Shown here: piece by piece, positions 1 to 12,179 of the stretch
How the letters are laid out: each line of letters opens with the position of its first letter
Position numbering within the stretch: the first letter of the stretch is position 1
Origin: Macrostomum lignano
Lineage: Eukaryota
Direction of reading: 5' to 3'
DNA length: 64,000 nt
Assembly: GCA_002269645.1 (NCBI GenBank)
Contig: NIVC01000114.1
Coordinates: 62,001-126,000 of the forward strand
Notes under the pieces: generated by a model
The model's input: the letters and a program-made list of their open reading frames with translations, nothing else
What the model was told of the DNA's origin: nothing
Databases searched by the model: none
Position numbers and translations under genes: made by a program

Positions 1-711
1 ATATGCTTCCATGTGACTCTGTCATAGCACTTTTATATTGGTGTATCCCCCCATAGAAAATTCACCTAAAATCTAATTTCTTATGATTTTAGAAATTTAT
101 TTAGATATATTGAAGGAGCATAATGCCAAATTTCTTTTAAGCTCTTAATCTAATTTCTAAAAATTGGCATACTTTGAACAATGACATAGTAAAAGGCTAT
201 GTTAGAAGGTTTCTAGTTTACAAGTATTTGTCTATTGTCCTATTGACAATTTATTTTTTCAAAAGATATGATGTATGATAATGATAATGATATCTAGATA
301 TATATGTCTTACTAAACTAAACTAAGCATATGCTTTAATAGAATTAGGTCTATTGACACCATATATACAATAGCAATATAGATTAGGGCCTAGTTTATAG
401 AATCCAAAATCTAAAAAAAAATTGCATTTTTGCAACTAGATTTTTGGCTTAAATTAAAAAATAAAGCTTTAAGATTATTTTCTTTATAAATATTAAGTTA
501 TAAGGATTGTTTGGAAAGTCTGCAATCAAACATGCATATCTTTTTTGAGTCACTACTTTTGTACTTTATGCTGAAACTTTATACTATAGACAAATATTAT
601 ATCCTAAATGTTTTAAAATAGGACACCTATACTTGTTTGAGCTAGGCATTTCTTTCTTGCAGTGTTTTTAGTCACATAGCCTACTAATTAATATTTTCAC
701 TTTGTTGAATA

Positions 712-1054
712 ACAAAAGCAAAAATGAAATTTATCATTTGGTTTTTGTAGAAGCAAATGAAGCAAAAAGCAGAAATTCTTTATAAGGTGCAAGCAATATA
801 CAGTGAATATACACCATCAAAAACAATGGTTAATAAACAAGTGGGTCTAGCAGTTTGAAGATGTCTAGGAAACAGTTGATGACTTTCCATCAAGTGGCTA
901 GGTTGCCACCATGGTCAATAGGTCAACATTGAGCTTGTGCTTTTTGCTCTAGATGTTGACCAATGAGCCACAGTGTGAGAGTTGCCTATCAATATTGTTA
1001 TCTCATTAATGGCCATTCACTCAATCTTGATGTATGTTGCATATTGTTGCTCAA
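712..1054 (+). mobile_element. Decayed mariner (Tc1/mariner) transposase, N-terminal HTH half
   Basis: Manual translation gives KMKFIIWFL*KQMKQKAEILYKVQAIYSEYTPSKTMVNK...ETVDDFPSSG...AIHSIL, matching the mariner N-terminus pattern (vIkFl..eI...l..vyg...s..tV..W..F...veD.pRsGRP). Multiple stops and frameshifts. Continues at 4603. Confidence 0.7.
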
Positions 1055-1667
1055 TCCTATATACTAAAAATGAAAATCTTGCTTGCTTGCTTGTAATCGA
1101 TTAGAGAAAAAATGGCTGGACCGATTTTGTTCGAACTTGCACTGTTCGATCAGAAATTTTCCCGTGACTGTACATGCATCGTGGCTAAGAAATTGCTCGA
1201 TGCTAAAGGCATTAAATATTCAAAAAACATGCTTTTTTGCAAAGGTCAAGCAAACTTTTCGACTTGAAATGCATTGTAAGAATGCTAGAGAAAAAAATGA
1301 CTGGTTGAATTCTGATTCTGAAATAGATTGCATCATAACTGAATTGTAGCTCCGACTTGAATTGAAAATGCAGTGTGGAAGCGTAGCACCAGACTTGATT
1401 TAAATTGCGTAACCATATTGTTAACTGATACTGACTGACTGAGAAACTGATTATGTCATAACTGCTTCGTGTGATTTGCTCGATGCTTGGATTTTAAAGT
1501 GTTGAATTATATAAGTGCAAAATTTCATGTTATCAAAACGATGAGAGCTAGCCTAGAGGTGAACAGACTGAACTGCTAAATGCAGCGACGATGGTTCGAA
1601 TTTTCATAGAGTATAATTTTTTTAATTAAAGCTTTTCAACGTCAGGAAAACTAAAAGACTTTTTAAA

Positions 1668-3420
1668 AAGAAGCGTCATTTAAAAGATCATAGAAGCGTC
1701 ATGTAAACAATCATAGAAGCGTCATGTAAAAAATCGTAGAAGCGTCATATAAAAATCATAGAAGCGTAATTTAAAAAATCATAGAAGCGTCATGTAAAAA
1801 ATCGTAGAAGCGTCATATAAAAATCATAGAAGTGTCATTTAAAAAATCATAGAAGTGTCATGTAAAAAATCATAGAAGCGTCATGTGAACAATCATAAAA
1901 GCGTCATGTAAACAATCATAGAAGCGTCATGTAAACAATCATAGAAGCGTCATTTAAAAATCATAGAAGCGTCATGTAAACAATCATAGAAGCGTCATTT
2001 AAAAATCATAGAAGCGTCATTTAAAAATCATAGAAGCGTAATTTAAAAAATCATAGAAGCGTCATGTAAAAAATCATAGAAGCGTCATGTAAAAAATCAT
2101 AGAAGCGTCATGTGAACAATCATAAAAGCGTCATGTAAACAATCATAGAAGCGTCATGTAAACAATCATAGAAGCGTCATGTAAACAATCATAGAAGCGT
2201 CATTTAAAAGATCATAGAAGCGTCATGTAAACAATCATAGAAGCGTCATTTAAAAAATCATAGAAGCGTCATGTAAACAATCATAGAAACGTAATTAAAA
2301 AAAATCATAGAAGCGTCATGTAAACAATCATAGAAGCGTCATTTAAAAATCATAGAAGCGTAATTTAAAAAATCATAGAAGCGTCATGTAAACAATCATA
2401 GAAGCGTCATATAAAAATCATAGAAGCGTCATGTAAACAATCATAGAAGCGTCATGTAAACAATCATAGAAGCGTCATGTAAAAAATCATAGAAGCGTCA
2501 TATAAAAATCATAGAAGCGTCATGTAAAAAATCATAGAAGCGTCATGTAAACAATCATAGAAGCGTCATGTAAACAATCATAGAAGCGTCATGTAAACAA
2601 TCATAGAAGCGTCATGTAAAAAATCATAGAAGTGTCATGTAAACAATCATAGAAGCGTCATTTAAAAAATCATAGAAGCATCATGTAAACAATCATAGAA
2701 GCGTCATGTAAAAAATCATAGAAGCGTCATTTAAAAATCATAGAAGCGTAATTTAAAAAATCATAGAAGCGTCATGTAAACAATCATAGAAGTGTCATAT
2801 AAAAATCATAGAAGCGTCATGTAAACAATCATAGAAGCGTCATGTAAAAAATCATAGAAGCGTCATGTAAACAATCATAGAAGCGTCATGTAAACAATCA
2901 TAGAAGCGTCATGTAAAAAATCATAGAAGCGTCATATAAAAATCATAGAAGCGTCATTTAAAAAATCATAGAAGCGTCATGTAAAAAATCGTAGAAGCGT
3001 CATATAAAAATCATAGAAGTGTCATTTAAAAAATCATAGAAGCGTCATGTAAAAAATCATAGAAGCGTCATGTAAAAAATTATAGAAGCGTCATGTGAAC
3101 AATCATAGAAGCGTCATGTAAACAATCATAGAAGCGTCATGTAAACAATCATAGAAGCGTCATTTAAAAGATCATAGAAGCGTCATGTAAACAATCATAG
3201 AAGCATCATTTAAAAAATCATAGAAGCGTCATGTAAACAATCATAGAAGCGTAATTTAAAAAATCATAGAAGCGTCATGTAAACAATCATAGAAGCATCA
3301 TGTAAACAATCATAGAAGCGTCATTTAAAAAATCATAGAAGCGTCATTTAAAAATCATAGAACCCTCATTTATAAACTAATGAAAGTGTCATTTAAAAAA
3401 TTAAGAAGCATCATGGTAGA
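1668..3420. repeat. Minisatellite, 22-23 bp unit AATCATAGAAGCGTCATGTAAAC, inside the Helitron
   Basis: Directly visible tandem array with A-tract variants (TTTAAAAA/GTAAACA). Confidence 0.97.
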
Positions 3421-4311
3421 ATAAAAGAAGCATCATGTCAGACATGAAGGGTGTCATGTAAAAGTTAAATGCAGCTATAATGCTGTGCTGGGGAGAAAAA
3501 CTGAGACGTAAAGGCTCTCAGAGAATATGAGACGTAAAGGCTCTCAGAGAATAACTGAGATTACGGGGGGGGGGTTTCTGAGATGTCAAAGCAAAAGTCA
3601 GAAGCTACTTCAAAGTTCATGTACTTTACTCAATTTTTTTATTGCATTCTTTGTTGGCTCGCCACGGGGGGGGGGGGGGCGCTGATAGAAGAAGAGTCAT
3701 GTAAAAAATAAAAGTAGCACTATGTATACATAAAAGAAAAGTCATGTCGAAGTTAAAAGATTCATTTGGGAATTGCTACGATGTCAAAGCTTGGTGGAAA
3801 TCGTTATAGTGCTGTGATTCTTAAAGAAGGAATCACTAAAATGTCAAGGCTTAGGGGAGAAGAATTGCTGAGATTTCAAGGCTTTAGGTGGGGTTAAAGT
3901 TAGGTTAGGTCAGGTTTGGGTTGAGGGTTATATTTTATCGGGTTTCAAGGTTAACAGGGGATTTTTTAGTTTTCAAGGTTTATGGGGGCCATCGCTGACA
4001 TGTCAAGGCTTACGGGGGAATAGCTGAGATGTCAAGGCTCACGGGGGTATAAATGAGATTTCAAGGCTAAAGTCAGAAGCTACATGTAGTTTATTGAAAA
4101 CTTATTGTAACTTTTTATTACATTATTTGATGCCTCCTCAGGGGAGGGATCGCTGATAATAAAAAAGCGTAATGTAAAAAATAAAAGCTTCATGTCGAAG
4201 TTAAGAGATTCATTTGGGAATCCCTACGATGTCGAGGCTTGTAGGGAATCGCTATAATCCTGTAGTAGTGCTATTATGACTCTTAGAGAGAATTACTGAA
4301 ATTTCAATGCT

Positions 4312-4379
4312 TTAGGGTTAGGTTAGGGTTATGGTTAGGGTTAGGGTTAGGGTTAGGGTTAGGCTAGGGTTAGGGTTAG
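4312..4379 (+). repeat. Interstitial telomere-like (TTAGGG)n tract
   Basis: About 11 mostly perfect TTAGGG units. A degenerate sister tract lies at about 3880-3930. Confidence 0.9.
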
Positions 4380-4602
4380 AAGGTTGACAGATATTTTTAG
4401 ATTTCCAAGGCTTATTGGGGGCATTGCTGAGATGTCAAGGGGGGAAGTTGATATGTTAAAGCTTGTGGGGGGGAATTACTGACATGTCAAGGCTTACAAG
4501 GTTTGACAGGAGATTTTTTAAGATTTCAAGGATACATGTAGCTTATTAAAAAAACGTGTATTGCATTTCTTTGGCTCCCCAACGGGGGGCGTAGATTGCT
4601 AG

Positions 4603-5320
4603 TAGGTTCTAAAACTTGATGGACCAGTAGCAGCCAGCAGTGAAAGTGCCTAGGTGTGTCAGCAACTCCTCCAGTCATATTATAGTGATCCCAACTTTTT
4701 GGATTGAATTGTGACTAGGGATGAATCCTAGTTTTATTATAGTGAACCTAAGTTTAAAATGCAAAACAATGTGTAAAAGGCTAGCCATGAGCCTATACCT
4801 ATCAAGGCCCTGACTGCACCTTCAGCTAGCAAGCAAATGACTACTATCTTCTAAGAGAAGGAGTGCATTCTGCTTATCAAATGACTTCCCCATGGTGTTA
4901 CAATTAAAAGTGAGTACTGCATCCAAGTCCTGCAAAAGTTGCATGAAGCTATCAAGGCCCAGCAATATAGCAAGCTAAGCTGTGGCATCCTGTTTCAGGA
5001 ATCAATACAACAATGCTAGGCCATATATTAGCCAAGTAACAATGGCTGCCATTTCAAACCTAGCCTTTGAGATGCTGCCATACTTACCCTACTTGCTAGA
5101 CCTCACACCTAGTGACTTCTGGCTATTTGGGGAGATTAAAAACATATCTGAGGTTGCCAATATAGCTCTCTACAGACCCTGGCATCAGCCATCAGCCAGT
5201 GGGTCAAGGGGTCACCTACTGATTTCTATGCTGCTAGCACCGAGAAATTGCCTAAGAGGTGGCACAAGTGCATAAGTCTCAAGGGTGCCTACATTAAGAA
5301 GCAGGAAAAGTAGTGTTTAC
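4603..5320 (+). mobile_element. Decayed mariner transposase, catalytic DD34D half
   Basis: Translates *VLKL (WVPxL) ... NFLD*IVTRDES* (FL.rIVTGDEtW) ... YNNARPY (HDNARPH) ... LPYLPYLLDLTPSDFWLF (PHPPYSPDLAPSDF.LF) ... LPKRWHKCISLKGAYI. Many stop codons. Confidence 0.88.
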
Positions 5321-5796
5321 ATTTGTTCAATCCATTAATCTGTTAGAAAAGTTTGATTGTGGACTTTCTAAATAACTCTCAAGCCTCATATTTATCATTT
5401 TAAGTCAAAGTATGTACTAAGCAAGTATAATTAGGCCCTATAGGCCTATTATACTCTATTATATCTAGTAAGTAAGTATAACATATATTAGCTTTTTTAG
5501 AGAAATATAATAAAAACTTGAATTTTTAATATAAGTTTTATATTATCAATACCAAAGAGCATCATTTTTTGAGTGATTATATACCTTTTTCTATCTATAT
5601 AATCCTATAGAAATAAAACTCTATGCATTCAATAGAAATAATATTTATTGTTCTTTTTTAAAGTTTTAAAGCAAAAGTTAATAATAATTAATGAGTAATA
5701 ATATTTAGTCAATAATTAATTAGCATGTAACAAAAAGATTCAAATGGCACAGGAAACAAACTCATAATTGCCCCACCTTCAGCAGTTCTCACTCCA

Positions 5797-8700
5797 ATGC
5801 TTTCATTTGGCATTGTGCTTGAACAGCCAGCTGTCACAGCAAACAATCATCAGTCGCCAATAATTCTTTCGCCACTATCTGACTCGATCCAGACTCAGTC
5901 TCAGCAGCATCAACAGCAGCAGGCTACTGCTGGCACAGATAACCGATTAGAAAGATTACAATCCAGATTAGCTCGCCTAGATAAAGGCACCTTGCCTGAG
6001 TATCAAAGATGCAAAGCTGAATTGGAGGCCGAGTGCCAGGACAGGCAGCAGGCGGCACGGGATTGGTACAACCTGCGCTGCGAGCTTATTAACAAGGAAC
6101 ATGCCGCTGAAAAGCACAGCGCTCAGAGGGAGCTGGAGTCTAGGAAAAAGGTGAGCTGGCTGTATGCCAACTCTTGAGAATTGGAGTTGCTTAGAAGTGC
6201 AGTCGAATTTGAACATTATTTCCTAGACTAGGCAGTGTGTGTAACCTCCAGAGCTCGCTTTTCTCTTTAATACACATTCTTACCTGTAGGACACATTCTC
6301 ACCTTAATGCACATTCTCACCTGTAGGACACATTCTCATCTGTAGGACACATTCTCACCTGTAATGCACATTCTCACCTGTAATGCACATTCTCACCTGT
6401 AGGACACATTCTCACCTGTAGGACACATTCTCATCTGTAGGACACATTCTCATCTGTAGGACACATTCTCATCTGTAGTGCACATTCTCACCTGTAATGC
6501 ACATTCTCACCTGTAGGACACATTCTCACCTGTAGGACACATTCTCACCTGTAATGCACATTCTCACCTGTAGGACACATTCTCACCTGTAGGACACATT
6601 CTCACCTGTAGTGCACATTCTCACCTGTAATGCACATTCTCACCTGTAGGACACATTCTCACCTGTAGGACACATTCTCACCTGTAATGCACATTCTCAC
6701 CTGTAGGACACATTCTCACCTGTAGGACACATTCTCACCTGTAGTGCACATTCTCACCTGTAGGACACATTCTCACCTGTAGTGCACATTCTCACCTGTA
6801 GGACACATTCTCACCTGTAGGACACATTCTCACCTGTAGTGCACATTCTCACCTGTAGTGCACATTCTCACCTGTAGGACACATTCTCACCTGTAATGCA
6901 CATTCTCACCTGTAGGACACATTCTCATCTGTAGGACACATTCTCACCTGTAATGCACATTCTCACCTGTAATGCACATTCTCACCTGTAGGACACATTC
7001 TCATCTGTAGGACACATTCTCATCTGTAGGACACATTCTCATCTGTAGGACACATTCTCATCTGTAGGACACATTCTCACCTGTAATGCACATTCTCACC
7101 TGTAGGACACATTCTCATCTGTAGGACACATTCTCACCTGTAATGCACATTCTCACCTGTAGGACACATTCTCACCTGTAATGCACATTCTCACCTGTAG
7201 GACACATTCTCATCTGTAGGACACATTCTCACCTGTAATGCACATTCTCACCTGTAATGCACATTCTCACCTGTAGGACACATTCTCACCTGTAGGACAC
7301 ATTCTCACCTGTAATGCACATTCTCACCTGTAGGACACATTCTCACCTGTAATGCACATTCTCACCTGTAGGACACATTCTCACCTGTAATGCACATTCT
7401 CACCTGTAGGACACATTCTCACCGGTTGGACACATTCTCATCTGTAGGACACATTCTCACCGGTTGGACACATTCTCATCTGTAGGACATATTCTTATCT
7501 GTAGGACACATTCTCATCTGTAGGACACATTCTCACCGGTTGGACACATTCTCATCTGTAGGACACATTCTCACCGGTTGGACACATTCTCATCTGTAGG
7601 ACAAATTCTCACCTGTAGGACACATTCTCACCTGTAGGACACAATCCCACCTCTGAGACACAATTCCACTTTGAGGCACAATCCCACCTCTAAGACAATC
7701 CCATCCCTGAGACAAAATCCCACCTCCAATACACAATCCCACCTCAAGACACAATTCCACCCCGGAGACAAAATCCCACCCCTGAGACACAATCCCACCC
7801 CTGAGACACAATCCCACCCCTAAGACACAATCCCACCTCAAGACACAATTCCACCCCGGAGACAAAATCCCACCCCTGAGACACAATTCCACCCCTGAGA
7901 CACAATCCCACCTCTAAGACACAATCCCACCCTTGAGACATAATCCCACCTCAAGACACAATTCCACCCCGGAGACAAAATCCCACCCCTGAGACACAAT
8001 TCCACCCCTGAGACACAATCCCACCTCAATACACAATCCCACCTCCAATACACAATCCCACCTCCAAGACACAATCCCACTCCTGATACACAATCCCACC
8101 TCAAGACACAATCCCACCTCTAAGACACAATCCCACCTCAAGACACAATCCCACCTCAAGACACAATCTCCACGAAAATCCCACTCGCCATCGCCCCCCC
8201 CCCCAGGAGCTGACAGACCTCCTGCTAGCCGAGCTGAAGGAGAAGCGCCGAGCTGTGGAGGTCGAACGGGCCAGTTTCGATTTGAATTTCGACGGCGACG
8301 TGCACGACGTAAAACAGCCGGCCACTTGGCGACTGCGAAATCGACAGCCGGCAAAAGTCTCCGCAGCCGCGGCCGCCGCCAAAGAGGCCGTCGGGCAAGT
8401 CGACACTGGCTCGTCAGCTTCCGGCGCTGGTGGCAGCGGTGTGTCAGCGGCCAGCGCCGCCGCTGCCGCCCTACTGGCTGTGGCGGCGTCCGGAGATCCC
8501 TGCTCCGGTGGCATCTCAGCGGCCACCGCAGCGGCTGCCGGTGTTGCTTCTTCGACATCGACTGGCGCTTCAACAGCCGCTGTTGGCGGCCTCGGCTCTA
8601 TCGGTGCACCGCTGTGGGGCGTCGGTGGCGCTTTCGACCCGCTGCTGCCCGACTCGGACATTCAAGAGGATCTGCGAATCATCGCCAAAGCCAGGCAGAG

Positions 8701-10104
8701 GGTGGCGTCCACTTCTACGACGGGTTCTTCGGGATTGACAGCGGCCGGAGGCGCTGCTGGCGGAGCGGCGGCTTCTGGCGCTACGGCAGGGGCGTCGGGC
8801 GTTAGCGGAACGACTTCGGCATCGCAGCTGCAAGTTGTGGACGGCGTGCTGTACTATCGGGATCGAAGTTTCGGACGGGGTGTGCAGGTTTCGCTTGAAA
8901 CCCGGCGAGCGCCCCGGTGCTGCGGAATGATTGTTAATGTTAGCCAGCAGGAGGTGAGCCAGTGTAGCTAATGCTGAGGTGGACAGGTAGCTAATTCTGA
9001 GGTGGACAGGTAGCTAATGCTGAGGTGGACAGGTAGCTAATTCTGAGGTGGACAGGTAGCTAATGCTGAGTTGGACAGGTAGCTAATGCTGAGGTGGACA
9101 GGTAGCTAATTCTGAGGTGGACAGGTAGCTAATGCTGAGGTGGACAGGTAGCTAATGCTGAGGTGGACAGGTAGCTAATTCTGAGGTGGACAGGTAGCTA
9201 ATGCTGAGGTGGACAGGTAGCTAATTCTGAGGTGGACAGGTAGCTAATGCTGAGGTGGACAGGTAGCTAATTCTGAGGTGGACAGGGAGGTGAACAGGTA
9301 GCTAATTCTAAGGTGGACAGGTAGCTAATTCTAAGGTGGACAGGGAGGTGGACAGGTAGCTAATGCTGAGGTGGACAGGGAGGTGGACAGGTAGCTAATT
9401 CTAAGGTGGACAGGGAGGTGAACAGGTAGCTTATTCTAAGGTGGACAGGTAGCTTATTCTAAGGTGGACAGGTAGCTTATTCTAAGGTGGACAGGTAGCT
9501 TATTCTAAGGTGGACAGGTAGCTTATTCTAAGGTGGACAGGTAGCTTATTCTAAAGTGGACAGGTAGCTAATTCTAAGGTGGACAGGTAGCTAATTCTAA
9601 GGTGGACAGGTAGCTTATTCTAAGGTGGACAGGTAGCTTATTCTAAGGTGGACAGGTAGCTTATTCTAAGGTGGACAGGTAGCTTATTCTAAAGTGGACA
9701 GGTAGCTAATTCTAAGGTGGACAGGTAGCTAATTCTAAGGTGGACAGGTAGCTTATTCTAAGGTGGACAGGTAGCTTATTCTAAGGTGGACAGGTATTTA
9801 CTCCTTAAAAATAGGTACCTTCTCCTGAATAAACAGTGCCTACTCCTAAATAAACAGGTGCCTACTCTAAATAAACAGGTGCCTACTCTAAATAAACAGG
9901 TGCCTACTGCTGAATAAACAGTGCCTACTCCTAAACAGACAGGTAGGCGCTCCTAAACAATAATAATTTATTACGAAGTTCTCCTCCACCCGCCCTAAAT
10001 CGCAGGTAATTATCAAGCGATCCTCAGACGGCGCCAAGATAAAAGTGTCGTTGAAGCACCTGCGGTCTGGCAAATTTGTATTAAAACGAATTCCGAACAA
10101 ATAG
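5797..10104 (+). CDS. SUDS3: Sin3-HDAC corepressor subunit SDS3; exons 5797-6150, 8207-8953, 10006-10104 (about 399 aa; 5' start uncertain)
   Basis: Sds3-like coiled coil RLQSRLARLDKGTLPEYQR...ELESRKK|ELTDLLLAELKEKRRAVEVER...TWRLRNR, then SDIQEDLR, and C-terminal VVDGVLYYRDRSF...NVSQQE|VIIKRSSDGAKIKVSLKHLRSGKFVLKR*. All junctions are phase 0 with AAG|GTGAGC, CCCAG|GAG, GAG|GTGAGC and CGCAG|GTA. Confidence 0.9.
6283..8165. repeat. 19-bp minisatellite filling SDS3 intron 1 (CACATTCTCACCTGTAGGA grading into CACAATCCCACCTCTGAGA)
   Basis: Tandem array with a switch of subtype near 7640. Confidence 0.96.
8951..9795. repeat. 23-bp minisatellite GCTAATGCTGAGGTGGACAGGTA in SDS3 intron 2
   Basis: Tandem array starting at the splice donor. 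Confidence 0.96.
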
Positions 10105-10544
10105 TGTTAATATTATTTACCATCTGGCAGCTTGTTATTAATATTTTGTTTAATAGTAGATTTTACCTATTTATTGTTACAACTGAGAATTGCGTCACGT
10201 TAATTCTGTTTAAATGTTAAATTGTTAATCAATAATGAAATCCATTTTGCTTTTTTCTGCTTTGTATATCTGTTATCGCTCTGCTCTCATGTCTGTCTGT
10301 ACGCAACTGTTTTTTCTCTTGCTGTGTACATGTGCCTCTATTAACAGCAATTCATTTTGTTTGTTAATGCACTTTAGCGTCTGTTTATAGGTTTGCCTGA
10401 GACACATGTTTATAGGTTTACCTGGCGTGTGTACTTTCATCAAATTTAATGTTTGCTGCTAAATGTACTTTTGTGCCTGAGTGTACTTTTGTGTTTTACC
10501 TGTAATTCAATGTACTTTAATAAACGTACCTCTGTACCTTGAAG

Positions 10545-11200
10545 TTAAATGCACTTTAGTGTGTGCTATAGTTTAATGCACTTTCGTGTGTGCTATAGTT
10601 AAATGCACTTTAGTGTGTGCTATAGTTTAATGCACTTTCGTGTGTGCTATAGTTAAATGCACTTTAGTGTGTGCTATAGTTTAATGCACTTTAGTGTGTG
10701 CTATAGTTAAATGCACTTTAGTGTGTGCTATAGTTAAATGCACTTTAGTGTGTGCTATAGTTAAATGCACTTTAGTGTGTGCTATAGTTAAATGCACTTT
10801 AGTGTGTGCTATAGTTAAATGCACTTTAGTGTGTGCTATAGTTAAATGCACTTTAGTGTGTGCTATAGTTAAATGCACTTTAGTGTGTGCTATAGTTAAA
10901 TGCACTTTAGTGTGTGCTATAGTTAAATGCACTTTAGTGTGTGCTATAGTTAAATGCACTTTAGTGTGTGCTATAGTTAAATGCACTTTCGTGTGTGCTA
11001 TAGTTAAATGCACTTTAGTGTGTGCTATAGTTAAATGCACTTTAGTGTGTGCTATAGTTAAATGCACTTTAGTGTGTGCTTTAGTTAAATGTACTTTAAT
11101 GTGTGCTATAGTTAAATGTACAATACTTTAATGTGTGCTATAGTTAAATGCACTTTAGTGTGTGCTATAATCAAATGCACTTTCGTGTGTACTTAAATTA
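10545..11200. repeat. 27-bp minisatellite GCACTTTAGTGTGTGCTATAGTTAAAT
   Basis: Near-perfect tandem array; explains ORFs 10681..11067 and 10694..11131. Confidence 0.97.
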
Positions 11201-11559
11201 AGTGCGCTTTTGTGTGTGCTATCGTGTGCAAAAGTTTCGTGTACAAGTACATGTATGTCATATCACTTGCAGTCATGTTTATAATGGTTAATTAGCCGCA
11301 CGCATGTATTGATAATGAACCTAGCAAGCTGGTTGGCCTGTCTAATTCTTATTATTAGTTGCTGCTTGATTTAAATTGAGTTTCTGTAAAACATTTTTAC
11401 ACACGTTTTCTTACACGAATTGAGAAAATAATATACAAGCCGATTGTTGCAATCTAATCACTCATTGTCTGCCAGCTACATGTAGTTTAACAATTTTAAG
11501 CTTGTTAGAATGGTGCAACTCTTCTGCTTAAGGCTGATGCAGAAGTCTGGACACACTAC

Positions 11560-12030
11560 TGAGTCTGGATGAAGCTGTGACACTGTGACACTGGGTCTAG
11601 ATAAAGCAGTGATGCTGAGCAGGGGTCTGGATGAAGCTGTGAGGATGAGCAGTGGGTCTGGATGAAGCTGTGAGGATGAACAGGGGGGTCTGGATGAAGC
11701 TGTGAGGATGAACAGGGGGGTCTGGATGAAGCTGTGAGGCTGAGCAGTGGGTCTGGATGAAACTGTGAGGATGAGCAGTGGGTCTGGATGAAGCTGTGAG
11801 GATGAGCAGTGGTTCTGGATGAAGCTGTGAGGCTGAGCAGGGGGTCTGGATGAAGCTGTGAGGCTGAGCAGTGGGTCTGGATGAAGCTGTGAGGCTGAGC
11901 AGTGGTTCTGGATGAAACTGTGAGGATGAGCAGTGGTTCTGGATGAAGCTGTGAGGATGAGCAGGGGGTCTGGATAAAGCTGTGAGGATCAAGAGGGGGT
12001 CTTTATGAAGCTGAGACTGAGCAGGGGGTC
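11560..12030. repeat. About 31-bp satellite GAGGCTGAGCAGTGGGTCTGGATGAAGCTGT (left array)
   Basis: Tandem array of the same family as 12870-13450. Confidence 0.93.
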
Positions 12031-12179
12031 TATTCTATAGGCAGCGGCTCTGCAGCCATTGTCCCCTTCGGAATTAAAAAGAAAATTCCAAAGCTGCTTC
12101 CATCAAAGCCATCCAAAATCGATACTGAAAATTATCCTTCGAACTTTGCAATCAGATTTTTAAGTGAAAAAGTGGCAAA

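Larger units (their letters stand above)
1055..4602 (+). mobile_element. Non-autonomous Helitron-like element carrying a minisatellite
   Basis: Starts A|TCCTATATACTAAAA (TC after A), followed by ...AAAATGGCTGGACCGATTT. Ends with GC hairpin GCTCCCCAACGGGGGGC (4574-4590) then CTAG|T (4599-4602). No TSD; inserted at an A|T dinucleotide. No Rep/helicase ORF. Confidence 0.75.

Noticed and set aside
1668-3420. Regular short repeats resembling a CRISPR array
   Set aside because: Units are head-to-tail with no unique spacers, there are no cas genes and the context is eukaryotic. The same applies to every other array in the window.
4312-4379. True chromosome end or fusion site
   Set aside because: Short, single-orientation, degenerate tract inside a Helitron-like element; no head-to-head TTAGGG/CCCTAA junction.
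7914-8833. Antisense and alternative-frame ORFs over SDS3 exon 2
   Set aside because: Shadow ORFs of a GC-rich Ala/Gly/Ser exon; the SDS3 frame has the family motifs.
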